Below, one piece after another: positions 21,335-31,560 of a stretch of DNA of 64,000 bases. Every line of letters begins with the position of its first letter. Within the stretch, counting starts at the first letter, position 1. A model generated the notes under the pieces. That model made no database searches. It saw nothing but the letters and a program-made list of their open reading frames with translations, and was not told the DNA's origin. This stretch comes from an uncultured Acidimicrobiaceae bacterium (lineage in GTDB: Bacteria > Actinomycetota > Acidimicrobiia > Acidimicrobiales > RAAP-2): NCBI GenBank assembly GCA_963755665.1, contig CAVWKU010000019.1:5202-69201 (forward strand), read 5' to 3'. The position numbers and the translations under genes are program-made.

Positions 21335-24007
21335 ATGACACCGCGCCGCATCGCCATCGTCCCGCATTCGCACTGGGATCGGGAATGGTACGAGTCATAC
21401 CAGGCCTTTCGGCTCAACCTGGTCGACATGATCGATGTCCTCCTGCCGCTGCTCGAGTCCGACGCCGGCTATCCCTACTTCATGCTGGACGGTCAGATGG
21501 CCGTGGTCGACGATTACCTCGAGGTCCGCCCCGAGGCCGGACCGCGGCTCCGCGCGCTGGCGGCAGCCGGCCGTCTGAGCATGGGCCCGTGGTACATCCT
21601 GATGGACGAGTTCCTCTCCTCGGGCGAAACGATCATCCGGAACCTCCAGATGGGCATCGTGCGCAGCGCCGCCTTCGGTGGCGCCATGGACGTCGGCTAT
21701 CTGCCCGACATGTTCGGGCACATCGCCCAGATGCCGCAGATCCTCCGGGAAGCCGGGTTCGCCCACACGGTGGTCTGGCGTGGCGTGCCCTCGGCCGTCA
21801 CCAAGAACGCGTTCTGGTGGGAGGCTCCGGACGGTTCCCGTGTGCGGGCCGAATATATGCCGGTCGGCTACGGCAACGGTGCCGCGCTCCCCGACGACGC
21901 CAAGGCGCTCGTGCGGCGTACCGAGGACCTCGTCCAGGAAGTGGCGACCTTTTTGCTCGACGACCTCCTCTGCATGAACGGCGGCGACCATCTCTTTCCC
22001 CAGGCCCGGTTGGGCGCGGTGGTGGCAGAAGCGAACGAACTCCAGGACGACCTTGTCTTCGAGGTCACTTCACTCCCCACCTATCTGGCCGCTGCTCCGA
22101 CGGAGGGCTTGGAGCGCTGGCGGGGTGAGCTCCGCTCGGGGTTCCGGTCCAACATGCTGATGGGGGTGACGTCCAACCGCGTCGACGTGAAGCGCATGGG
22201 GGCGTTGGCGGAACGTGCACTGGAACGGCGCGCCGAACCGCTGGCCGCCCTCTTCCAGAGTCCCGCGCAATGGCCGGAGGAGCTGCTCTCCCTGGCCTGG
22301 AAGGAGATGGTCCGCAACTCGGCGCACGACTCCATCTGCGCGTGCTCCGTCGATGACGTGGTCGATGCCGTCCTGCACCGCTATGCCGAGGCGCGCACCA
22401 TTGCCAGCGGTCTCGCCGATCGCGCCGTCGCCTCGTTCGCCCGCTCCTTGGCCGAACCGGGCAATTACGTCCTCAACACCGTCCAACGGTCACGGGCGGG
22501 CCTGGTCGAACTCGTCGTCGGGGCCGACCTGCCGGCGTCGAGCGATGTGCAGGTCGTGTCCGAGCGCGCCGGCCTGCCGGGGTCGATGGTGCTCGATGCC
22601 AACACGGTCCGTACCGTGCTCAGCATGCTCCAGGGCCCCAAGATCGACAACGACGCCTGGGTCCACGGCGTGAGCGTGGAAGAGGACGACGAAGGGCTCG
22701 ACATCACGGTCACGATCGGAGCCGAGGAACGGCCAAACGTGCCGATATCCGAAGCGAAGCAGGATATTTACGCCCGCCTGGGAGCCCGGCCCGACGCCGT
22801 CATCCGCGTCAACTTGAACCAGCCCCCCATCCGCCGCATCGTGGCCCGCACCGCGGAGGTCCCTGGCTACGGCTGGCAGGTCTTCGCCCCGGCCCCCTTG
22901 GCCCATCCGGTCGTGGCGAGCGGGCTCGGTGCACCGGTGACGCTGACCAACGGTCTCGTCACGGTGGCGGTCGACGCCGGGCGCGGCACCTTCTCGCTCA
23001 ACGGGAGAGAGGGGTACGGCCATCTCGTCGACGGAGGGGACCTCGGCGACTCCTATAACTACTCGCCCCCACGACAGGACACGCTGGTCGATGAGCCGGT
23101 CGAGGTCGCCGTGCGTGTCGTCGAGCCCGGGCCGGTGCGCGCCACCGTGGAGATCGTCGCAACCTACGTATGGCCCGATCACGTGGACGGGTCGTCACAG
23201 AGGCGGGTCGGTGAGCACCGCGTCGAGGTCGAGACCCGGCTCGAGCTGAGAGCCGACGAGGCGGTCGTCAGGGTGACCACATCGTTCGTGAACCCGAGTA
23301 AGGACCACAGGCTCCGCGTGCATCTTCCGCTGCCCGTACCGGCGCGGACATCGCAGGCCGAAAGCGCGTTTGCGGTGGTCGAGCGGGGCCTCACCGCCGA
23401 AGGGCGCGCCGACGAATTCGGGTTGCCGACCGCGCCGGCGCGCCGCTTCGTCTCCGCCGGCGGCCTGACGGTCGTGCACGACGGCGTCTGCGAGTACGAG
23501 CTCGTCGACATCGCCTCGACCCCGGACGGGGATGCGGCCGGCACCATCGCCCTCACCGTGCTGCGCGCCACCGGCATGCTCTCCCGCCTCGGCATGGCCT
23601 ACAGACCGTTCCCCGCCGGTCCGCTCACCCCGGTCGAGGGACTGCAGATGACCGGCCGTCACGTGTCGCTCAGCTACGCATTGGCGCTGGGACATGACGA
23701 CCCCTACGCGCTCGCCGACGACGTCCTCCTTCCTCTCGACGTGGTCACCGCGCTCGGGGGAGGCGCCCGCGCCGCATCGGGGAGCGCTCTCGGGATCGAA
23801 GGGGCAGAGGTCGAGCGCGTTGCGTCGCGAGCGTGGAGCGCTCGAGGTCCGTGTCTTCAACCCGACGTCCCGACCCGACCACGGTGGTCATCCCCGGGCA
23901 CGCAGGGTGGCTCGTCGACCTGCGGGGATATCCCGTGCTGGCCGTTCGAGGGCTCATTCGAGCTCCGTCCCTTCGGCATCGCCACGGCCCGCCTGCGCGC
24001 CGGCTGA
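21335..24007 (+). CDS. Glycoside hydrolase family 38 (alpha-mannosidase/mannosylglycerate hydrolase-like); net-zero frame excursions about 23810-23950
   Basis: The N-terminus IAIVPHSHWDREWYESYQAFR is the GH38 signature. The C-terminal pieces ALEVRVFNPTSRP and GWLVDLRGYPV lie in ORFs 23694..24260 and 23833..24090, before the frame returns for FEGSFELRPFGIAT. Confidence 0.85.
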   Translation: MTPRRIAIVPHSHWDREWYESYQAFRLNLVDMIDVLLPLLESDAGYPYFMLDGQMAVVDDYLEVRPEAGPRLRALAAAGRLSMGPWYILMDEFLSSGETIIRNLQMGIVRSAAFGGAMDVGYLPDMFGHIAQMPQILREAGFAHTVVWRGVPSAVTKNAFWWEAPDGSRVRAEYMPVGYGNGAALPDDAKALVRRTEDLVQEVATFLLDDLLCMNGGDHLFPQARLGAVVAEANELQDDLVFEVTSLPTYLAAAPTEGLERWRGELRSGFRSNMLMGVTSNRVDVKRMGALAERALERRAEPLAALFQSPAQWPEELLSLAWKEMVRNSAHDSICACSVDDVVDAVLHRYAEARTIASGLADRAVASFARSLAEPGNYVLNTVQRSRAGLVELVVGADLPASSDVQVVSERAGLPGSMVLDANTVRTVLSMLQGPKIDNDAWVHGVSVEEDDEGLDITVTIGAEERPNVPISEAKQDIYARLGARPDAVIRVNLNQPPIRRIVARTAEVPGYGWQVFAPAPLAHPVVASGLGAPVTLTNGLVTVAVDAGRGTFSLNGREGYGHLVDGGDLGDSYNYSPPRQDTLVDEPVEVAVRVVEPGPVRATVEIVATYVWPDHVDGSSQRRVGEHRVEVETRLELRADEAVVRVTTSFVNPSKDHRLRVHLPLPVPARTSQAESAFAVVERGLTAEGRADEFGLPTAPARRFVSAGGLTVVHDGVCEYELVDIASTPDGDAAGTIALTVLRATGMLSRLGMAYRPFPAGPLTPVEGLQMTGRHVSLSYALALGHDDPYALADDVLLPLDVVTALGGGARAASGSALGIEGAEVERVASRAWSARGPCLQPDVPTRPRWSSPGTQGGSSTCGDIPCWPFEGSFELRPFGIATARLRAG

Positions 24008-25054
24008 TCCGGAGGCGACGCGGTCACTCAGTGGCGGTGCGTCGTGGCGCGGCACCTCGTCCCATTCCGGGCGTGACGGCCGGTCCATGAGCGACAGCAG
24101 GGCCTCCCGGGGCGAACAACGTCCGTCGACGATGGCTTCGACCTGCTCGGCGATCGGCATTTCGACACCGTGCGACCGGGCCAACGCGACCAGGGGACCG
24201 GCGCTCTTGACCCCTTCGGCCACCATCTGCATCCCGTTGACGATCTCGTCGAGCGTCTGACCTTGCCCGAGTTGGAAGCCCACGGTGCGGTTGCGGCTCT
24301 TCGGGCTGGCACAGGTGGCGACCATGTCGCCGACCCCGGCCAGTCCGCCGAAGGTCAGCACCCGGCCACCCAATGCGATGCCGAGGCGCCCCAACTCGGC
24401 CAGACCCACGGGTGATCAGCACTGCTCGCGTGTTCTCCCCGAATCCCAGGCCGTCACAGATGCCGGCGGCGATCGCCATCACGTTCTTCGTCGCTCCCGC
24501 AATTTCACAGCCCACGACGTCGGTGCCCATGTACACCCGAAAGGTGCGGGTGTGGAGGAGATCCTGCACCTGACGCGCCAGGGTCTCGTCGGGCAGCGCC
24601 ACGACGCTGGCGGCGGGTTGCCCTTCGGCCACCTCCCGGGCCAGATTGGGCCCGGTCAGGACGCCGGCCGGGCTACCCGGGCAGGACCTGTGCCACCACT
24701 TCGGACATCCGGAGATTGGTGCCGTTCTCAATGCCCTTGGACAGGCTGACGATCGCCTCGACCTCCGCAGCGAACGGTCGCAGATCCGCGCAGCACGGCG
24801 CGGAACCCGTGTGAAGGCACCGCCATGAAGACGACGCCCGCCCCTTCCAGCGCCTCCTCGAGCGAGGCGGTGGCCGAAAGCCCGTCGGGCAGGGCGATGC
24901 CCGGGAGATAGGTCGCATTCTCCCGCGCCGCGTGATGGACAACGCCAGCTCGGGAGATCGCGCCCACAGAGAGACGGGATGTGATCGCGCCCACCAGGCC
25001 CGCCACGGCCGTTCCCCACGAACCGGCGCCCACCACTGCCACCCGGTCGCGCAT
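23954..25054 (-). CDS. gpsA: NAD(P)H-dependent glycerol-3-phosphate dehydrogenase, 2-3 frame changes
   Basis: VAVVGAGSWGTAVA (ORF 24728..25054). GPNLAREVAEGQPAASVVA...GATKNVMAIAAGI (ORF 24024..25019). GGLAGVGDMVATCASPKSRNRTVG (ORF 23954..24409). Confidence 0.85.
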
Positions 25055-25189
25055 GACCGACAGCCTACGGCGGTCGCCATGAGGGCGGCACTGCCCGCGC
25101 CCTTACACTGTGGCTCGTGCCCGCCAGCGCCACTGCCCATCCGCAGGCTCAATCCGCACCTTCCCGCAGCCACCCTCGGGCAAGAAGTC

Positions 25190-25735
25190 GTGCTCATCCC
25201 GGTCAAGGGCTTCCGACAAGCGAAGCGCCGATTGGGCGGATCGATGAGCGACGAGATGCGCGAGCACCTCGTACGGTCCATGGCCGAAAGTGTCGTTGCC
25301 GCGTGTGCCCCGCTCCCCGTCGCCGTCGTCTGCGACGATCCTGCGGTGGCGGCGTGGGCGGAGGCCCTCGGAGCCACCGTCATGTGGGAGCCCGGACAAG
25401 GGCTCAACGGCGCGGTCAGGGCCGGGGTCGAACAGCTCGCCGCTCTTGGCGTGCAGTGGGTGATCGTCGCGCACGGCGATCTTCCGCGGGCCCGTGATCT
25501 TGGGCACCTGGCGCCCTTTGACGGCATCACGCTCGTGCCGGATCGCAAGGACGACGGGACGAACGTGCTGCGCCTGCCCGTCACCGGCGCCTTCCGCTTT
25601 GCCTATGGACCGGGCTCCTTTCGCGCGCACCGCGCCGAGGCGACACGGCTCGGGCTCCCTGTCCGCGTTCTGCGGATACCGGCTCTGGCCTACGACGTGG
25701 ATTGGCCCGCCGATGTGGTCGAGCTGACGAGGTGA
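25190..25735 (+). CDS. cofC: 2-phospho-L-lactate guanylyltransferase (F420 biosynthesis, CofC/FbiD)
   Basis: VVLIPVKGFRQAKRRL...VVCDD...GLNGAVRAGV...VIVAHGDLP...DGTNVL within ORF 24932..25735. The start is ambiguous (GTG at 25190 or ATG at 25079). Confidence 0.7.
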   Translation: MLIPVKGFRQAKRRLGGSMSDEMREHLVRSMAESVVAACAPLPVAVVCDDPAVAAWAEALGATVMWEPGQGLNGAVRAGVEQLAALGVQWVIVAHGDLPRARDLGHLAPFDGITLVPDRKDDGTNVLRLPVTGAFRFAYGPGSFRAHRAEATRLGLPVRVLRIPALAYDVDWPADVVELTR

Positions 25736-25739
25736 CTGG

Positions 25740-26522
25740 GTGACCGGGCAGGCATCTTCCGCCCGCATTGTCACCGTCAACGAACTGCCCGACCGCGGAC
25801 GTCTCTCGGTCGATCTGGCCGCACCGGGCGTCGTGATGGCCATCGGGGCGCACCCCGACGACATCGAGTTCGGGTGCGGCGCCACGCTGGCGAAGTGGGC
25901 GGACGGAGGGGCGGCCATCCACCACCTCGTCCTGACTGACGGCGCGAAGGGAACATGGGACCCACAGCGCGATCCGGCAGCCCTCGCGGCACAACGCCAA
26001 CAGGAGCAGCGCCGCGCCGCCGCGCAGCTCGGCGGAGGCGACGTCGTCTTTCTCGGACGGACCGACGGAGAGCTTCGCAACGGCGTGGTCGAGCAGCGGG
26101 ACGTCGCGCTTTGGATTCGACGCCTCCGTCCCGATGTCATTCTCGGGCATGACCCGTGGCGGCGCTACCGCCTCCATCCCGATCACCGGCACGCGGGATT
26201 CATCACCACCGATGCCATCGTCGCCGCCCGCGACCCTCACTTCTTCGCGGATCAGGACCTCGAGCCCCATCGCCCGTCGGCGCTGTTGCTGTGGGAGGCG
26301 GACGAACCGAACCACGTCGAAGACGTCTCGGGCTTCGCCAGCACCAAGATCGCCGCGCTGCTGGCGCACGAGAGCCAGTTCGAGAGCACCATGGGGATTG
26401 ACGGCGGTGCCTCGACGGAGGTCGACGCGTTTGCGCTCAGGGTGCGGACACAGTTGAAGGAGCATGGAGCCCTGGTGGGACTCGCCGAAGGCGAGAGCTT
26501 TCATCTCATCGCCGACATCTAG
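25740..26522 (+). CDS. PIG-L/LmbE-family deacetylase
   Basis: Intact 260-aa ORF. VMAIGAHPDDIEFGCGATLAKW...LHPDHRHAG are PIG-L motifs. Confidence 0.8.
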   Translation: MTGQASSARIVTVNELPDRGRLSVDLAAPGVVMAIGAHPDDIEFGCGATLAKWADGGAAIHHLVLTDGAKGTWDPQRDPAALAAQRQQEQRRAAAQLGGGDVVFLGRTDGELRNGVVEQRDVALWIRRLRPDVILGHDPWRRYRLHPDHRHAGFITTDAIVAARDPHFFADQDLEPHRPSALLLWEADEPNHVEDVSGFASTKIAALLAHESQFESTMGIDGGASTEVDAFALRVRTQLKEHGALVGLAEGESFHLIADI

Positions 26523-26552
26523 GCCACCAATTCCAGATCCGGGTCAATTGCA

Positions 26553-26580
26553 AAGTCGGGGGCCCGCAGGCCCCCGACTT
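26553..26580. terminator. Bidirectional GC-rich hairpin between convergent genes
   Basis: AAGTCGGGGGCC-CGCA-GGCCCCCGACTT (12-bp stem, 4-nt loop) between the PIG-L stop (26522) and the stop of the Lys-rich gene. Confidence 0.6.
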
Positions 26581-26622
26581 CACTCGCTCTCAAGAGAACG
26601 AACTGCTCAACGACTCAACTAC

Positions 26623-27099
26623 TCAACGAGCCGCCTTGCGAGCCGGTGCTCGCTGGACGGCCTTCTTTGCAGTCGTCCGCTTGACGGCCTTTTTGGCCGG
26701 TGCCCGACGCACTGCCTTCTTTGGCCGGGGCCCGCTTGACGGCCTTCTTCACAGTCCGCTTGACAGCCTTCTTCGCCGGTGCCCGTTTGACGGCCTTTTT
26801 GGCCGGGGTCCGCTTGACTGCCTTCTTCACAGTCCGCTTGACGGCCTTCTTCGCCGGCGCGCGCTTGACTGCTTTCTTTGCTGGGGCCCTCTTGACAGCC
26901 TTCTTAGCCGGTGCCCGTTTGACGGCCTTTTTGGCCGGGGTCCGCTTGACTGCCTTCTTCACGCAGTCCGCTTGACGGCTTTCTTCGCCGGCGCGCGCTT
27001 GACTGCTTTCTTTGCTGGGGCTCGCTTTACTGCTTTCTTTGCTGGGGCCCGTTTGACGGCCTTCTTGGCCGGGGCCCGTTTTTTCGCGGCTACTGCCAC
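26623..27099 (-). CDS. Histone H1/HCT-like Lys/Ala-rich repeat protein (AKKAVKR units), 2 small frame changes
   Basis: GGAGG + 7 nt + GTG at 27099. It reads VAVAAKKRAPAKKAVKRAPAKKAVKR... through almost the whole gene. A 2-nt insertion near 26960 and a 1-nt change near 26680 break the frame. ORF 26615..27169 covers the middle. Confidence 0.6.
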
Positions 27100-27673
27100 A
27101 GGTGCACCTCCCTAGGAGCATGGTCACTGAATAGAGGTGAAGCCTGCGCCACGCCGATGCTACGAACACATCGTCGTGCGCACTGCCGCACCGATTTCTT
27201 TGTCGCTCGGAACATATGGCACGTCTGAAGGTGGTTCATCGACCTTTTCTTCCTACGAGCAGTCCGTTCCGATTACCCGAATTGCAACGACTGATTGAGG
27301 TGATGAGGCACTGCATGAGGCGCGTAGTTGGCATTCCGATGTCTTTGCCTTGCGCGCTGCACACTGTTGCATCGCAGCACATATCAACCCTCCATAACAC
27401 TTCGGGTACACACATTCTTCGTTATGTACCTTCCCAGGTCAAGCACCATCTTTTCGCGACACGTTTTCTTGCTCCTCGCGCAACCCCATTCTTCGTCTCA
27501 CACACACCTCCATTTCGGACCGCATCGCGTCGCGAGAACGATGTGTCGATGCGCAAGAGTCGCGTTCTGTCGTGCGACACACGAAGTGAGTGTTCTTCAC
27601 ATGATGCGACGATGCAATCTCGACAAATCGGTCGCGTCGCGTCAACGATTTTCATCACGATGACGACGCACGC
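27100..27673. other. AT-rich non-coding spacer between the divergent Lys-rich gene and the T4CP gene (candidate promoters or oriT)
   Basis: Visibly far lower G+C than any other stretch of the window. ORFs here (27216..27677, 27328..27663, 27439..27645) have no RBS or recognisable motif. The short direct repeat TCGCGTCGCG occurs twice (about 27524 and about 27634). Confidence 0.4.
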
Positions 27674-29196
27674 ATGACCGAATCCGTCTTCGAACTGCCG
27701 CCTCACGACGCGCACGCCATCTACCTCGGAATCAGCGACCGGACATGGTCGTGGGCGGGTCCGCAACGCTCGACACTCGTGCTCGGACCTTCACGCTCGG
27801 GAAAGACGTCGTCCCTGGTCATACCCAATCTTTTCGTTGCCGAAGGACCGGTCGTCTCGACCTCGACCAAACCCGACGTGATGATGGCGACCGCGCCGAC
27901 GCGGAGCCGCAACGGGTGGTCATTCCTGTTCGATCCGAGCGGTGAAATCGAGTGCCCGGCGTCAGTCGAACGCGTCGGTTGGTCGCCGATCACCACTGCG
28001 AGCGAACTGGGACGCTGCGGTACAGACATCTGACGCGATGGTCAACGCTTCGCGCCTCGCTGGGGGTGCAAATGCGCACGCCGGAGGCGACCAACACTGG
28101 ACCGAGCGAGCCAGTGCATTGCTGTCTCCATTGCTCCACGCGGCGGCACTCGAATCGCTCCCGATGCGAATCGGTCTTACGGTGGATCGATCGCCACGAT
28201 GGCGCGACCGCGCTCGAAATTCTCTCGCGTACGGTCGGTGAGGACTCCACCGCCACCGACCTGCTGGCCGGCATCGTCGGCACGGATTCCCGTGAGCAGT
28301 CAGGTATCTGGTCCACCGCATCCGGTGTCCTGGCGGCGTACAGGTCGGAGGCCGCGTTGGCCTCCACAGAGCTCCCCCCGCTCGATGCGGCGGAATTCGT
28401 GCGCGGGGCCAACACGATGTACATCTGCTCGGCCGGACGCAGGCAGCACCAGTTCGCACCGCTCGTCGTCGCGGCCATCGGCGACGTTCGTGATGCCACC
28501 TACGACCGGGAAAGGAGTGGCGAGCGATCACCACCGACACTGCTCGCTCTCGACGAAGTGGCCAACATCGCTCCCATTCCCGATCTGCCGACCATGCTGA
28601 GCGAGGGCGCAGGGCAGGGACTTCTCGTGATGGCGTGCCTGCAGGACCTCTCGCAGGCCCGTGGTCGTTGGGGATCCGACGCCGACGGCTTTCTCACATT
28701 GTTCGGCACCACGGTGGTCTTCCCCGGGATCGCCGACGTCGCGACGCTGCGCGATCTCAGCGCCCTCGCTGGTGACCACGAGCTGCCATCGACCACCGTG
28801 GGGCATTCAGTGGGCGAATGGGGGCGACTCCGCCCATCGAGCTCGGTGAGCACCGTCCGGGTGCCGCGCCTCCCGGTCGACGTGATCGCACGGGGATCGA
28901 CCGGTCACGCTCTCGTCCTGCGGCCCGAGAGGACGTTCGATTCGGTGCGCCTCACCCCGGCCCACGCAACCAGCCCCTGGCGCGAGATGTCCGAGCGCCA
29001 GCTTCCGGCACCGGAACGCCAGCCGCCGGCCCCCGACGCGGGAGCGCCCGGGCCGGGGTCGCTGAGTTCACCGACCCCGGTCCATCTCGTGCTGGCGCGG
29101 GGCCCGCCAGCCCAGCCGCTGGCGGGCCACCTCAATGTGACGCGTCGTCTCCAGGTGGTCGATCAGGCGTGCGGTGGGCAGCGACGAGATGCCTGA
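27674..29196 (+). CDS. Type IV coupling protein (VirD4/TraG/TraD family), 2 frame changes (about 27990 and about 28150); 3' end uncertain
   Basis: Walker A GPSRSGKTSSLVIPNL (ORF 27674..28033). Walker B region LLALDEVANIAPIPDLPTMLSEGAGQGLLVMACLQDLSQARGRWG (ORF 27952..29196). The linking piece is in ORF 27942..28241. Confidence 0.75.
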
Positions 29197-30488
29197 GGCC
29201 CGGTCATCGGTGCCGAGCGCGTCGCTCCCCCGGGGCACGCCCCATCGGGCCCGGTAGTCGTCGATGACCTTGGCCGCATCGCGCCAGACGGCGTGATCGG
29301 CGGGATGCACCGGGCGCGGACCGAGTGCCTCGAGCAAATGGCCGACCCGGGACGACGCTGCGCAACGTGCGGACGTCCTCGGCCACGCCGATCTGTGTCC
29401 GTTCGGAGAGCTTCGGCGTCCAGAGATCCGTGAGTCTCTCCACGCTCTGTGCCGGGGCACCGGCGAGCGCCGCCGTGCTGAAGGCGGCTGCGACATCTCT
29501 GCCGGCGTGCCGCGCCGTCGGGAGCCAGCGACAAGGTGGCGCCGAATCGATGTTCGTCGAGGCTCGGGCATGCCGGCGCTGCGGTCGGCTCGCCCGAGGA
29601 GGGCAGCGTATCTCACGGGCATCACTTCCCACGAAGTGGGCGCGTCGCTCCCATTGCGCCGACAGCTCGGCGAAGTCGATCCCTGGCTGCTTCTGCGGCC
29701 GGGTGGCCGCCCACGCGATCCGGGCGCCCCGGGCCGAATGCGATCCCCACTCGGCCATGTGCCGGCGGATGTCGGCGGATCGTGACGAGAACTCGCCGCG
29801 GGCGAGGAGGGAGACTCCCGCCACTTCTGCCCCGAGACGCGGCTCCTCGACCCACCGCACCCCGAGACGCGCGGTGAGCTCTCCCCGCAGGTGCGCCTCA
29901 TAGATGGCGGACGTCGCTCCACGATGCGCCGAGAGCCCCCGATGGTCACACGCGCTCCAGCGGCTGTCCGGGCCGTGCACCATGTTGGCCATCACGACGT
30001 GGGTGTGGAGATGCGGGTCGAGGTTGCGGTTGACGCCATGGGTGAACGACGCCGCGACCAGGCCCGTGGTCGGCACGACCTGACGTTCCTCACCCGAACC
30101 CCTCTGCGCGCTGAGGCCGTGGGCCTCGACGTAGGCCAGCGCGCCACGCACGCTTTCACGGTGGGCCGCGACCACGTGGCGGGCGACGTCCTCTCCGCCC
30201 AGGGCGAAGACCACGCTCACGGACTTGGGGGCACTGAAGGTCAGGTCGAAGCCGCCGCACGGTGGCGCGATCCGATCGCAGCCGGTGCCCCGAGGTGGGG
30301 TGACGACCGTCGAGAACCGCGTGCAGCGCCGTCGGATCGGGCGTGCCGCGCAACCCGAGCCCGGCTGCGGCCTGGCCGATCCAGTGCGCCGGCCCGTCGT
30401 CCAACCGCCCCGGCAACGGCAGCTCCTGCGCGAGGTCCGCCAGGTAGTAGTCGGCGCCCGCCGACGTCAGGCGGTGGATTCCGAGCAC
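29068..30488 (-). CDS. MOBF (TrwC-type) conjugative relaxase domain protein without a helicase domain, about 3 frame changes
   Basis: GGAGG + GTG at 30488. GIHRLTSAGADYYLADL, FDLTFSAPKSVSV, and the His-triad HGVNRNLDPHLHTHVVMAN (ORFs 30156..30911 and 29204..30220). The C-terminus WRDAAKVIDDYRARWGV is in ORF 29068..29949. Confidence 0.8.
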
Positions 30489-31560
30489 CCGGCCTCCGTT
30501 CTCGGGAGAGTGCGGGTCTCGCCCGCCCACCCGATCGCTGCTGCGTTCAGTGGGGAACGGTCGGCAGGCGCGACGACGGTCGTCAGGAGTGCTCTTCGTG
30601 CGCTCCGCCCCGTCGTACAACGCAACACCTTGCGGGCGGCCCGCGCCGCCAGGTCGGTGAGCTCGGGCGGGCGCACGACGGAGGCGTCGGGGCCGAGTTG
30701 GAGGAGCAGCCGCTCGAACCAGGCCATGCCGGCCACGTCGAGGACGACGTCGGTCACGGTTCCGTCGGCGCGCGCGACCGATGCCACGCACCGGCACGGA
30801 CTCGGGCACCCATTGGGCCCCCGGGCCCAGGTGGAGGTGCACCTCGACCGCGCCCGGCCCCGGCACGAAGGCGTCCTCCCCGGCGCGCCGGGACCGGTCG
30901 GCGCGTCGCACCGGACTCCCCCGTGGGGCGCACGGCGCCGATGCGGTCGACCCGGAAGCGCCGCATGTCGCCGGCGCGCTGGCAGAAGGCGTCGAGGTAC
31001 CAGTGCCCCTCGGTGGTGATCACCTGCACCGGGTCGACGACACGCGTCGTCCACTCGTCCCGCGAAGCCGAGTGGTAGTCGATCTCGACCAGCTCACCGG
31101 CGTCGGTCGCCCGGCGCACGGCGGCGAGGGACGAGGGGGCATCGACATCCATGCCGATCGCTTCGCGCGATCCCAACGCCGCATCGAGTTTCGACAAGGC
31201 ACGGCGCAAGGCCTCGTCATCGGGCCCGGGCACGGCCATGATCAAACGGGCCGAGGCCGCCACGGCGAACCCCTCGGCCGGCGTGAGCCGACGCGGCCGG
31301 GCGAACTCGGGCGGCAGGAAGGCACGGACCGACGTCTCCGACACCTCGATCTCCATCAACGTGTCGGGGGTGTACGGCGGCACGCCGCAACACGCCGCCA
31401 GCTCGAGCTCGCGGATCAGCTCGTCCTCATCCATGGAGAAGCGGCGCGCCACGTCCGCGATGGGCGCCTCCCCCACCCGGGCCAACCATCCGACCACGGC
31501 CAGCAGACGCCGCAAACGTTGGCTGGTCTCCCTGCCCGGGTACCGGCCGGGCGCCCTCGG
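30467..31560 (-). CDS. PafC-like HTH-WYL transcriptional regulator, several frame changes; possibly fused to the upstream PafB-like gene; stop uncertain
   Basis: RLRRLLAVVGWLARVGEAPIADVARRF...ELAACCGVPPYTPD...EIDYHSASRDEWTTRVVDPVQVITTEGHWYLDAFCQRAGDMRRFRVDRI (ORF 30754..31893). C-terminus AWFERLLLQLGPDASVVRPPEL (ORF 30467..31054). Confidence 0.6.

Larger units (their letters stand above)
26600..30500. mobile_element. Remnant of a conjugative/mobilizable element (relaxase + T4CP + histone-like gene + AT-rich core); no integrase, att sites or mating-pore genes seen
   Basis: Gene content as listed above and a local drop in G+C. It is flanked by core metabolic genes on the left and WYL regulators on the right. 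Confidence 0.5.

Noticed and set aside
26640-27090. Possible CRISPR array (regular repeats); the same question applies to 11062-11130
   Set aside because: The repeats are directly abutting and degenerate, with no unique spacers. One array is coding (Lys/Ala repeats) and the other is a simple 15-bp tandem repeat. There are no cas genes.
26636-27115. Plus-strand ORFs with LTAFFAGARLTAFF repeats (also 26700..26975)
   Set aside because: They are antisense readings of the AKKAVKR repeat gene. The minus strand has an RBS and start, and a biologically familiar basic repeat.
27216-27677. 153-aa ORF (and overlapping ORFs) in the AT-rich spacer
   Set aside because: It has no RBS and no recognisable domain. 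Its composition is unlike the rest of the proteome, and several overlapping frames are equally open. It is treated as non-coding.
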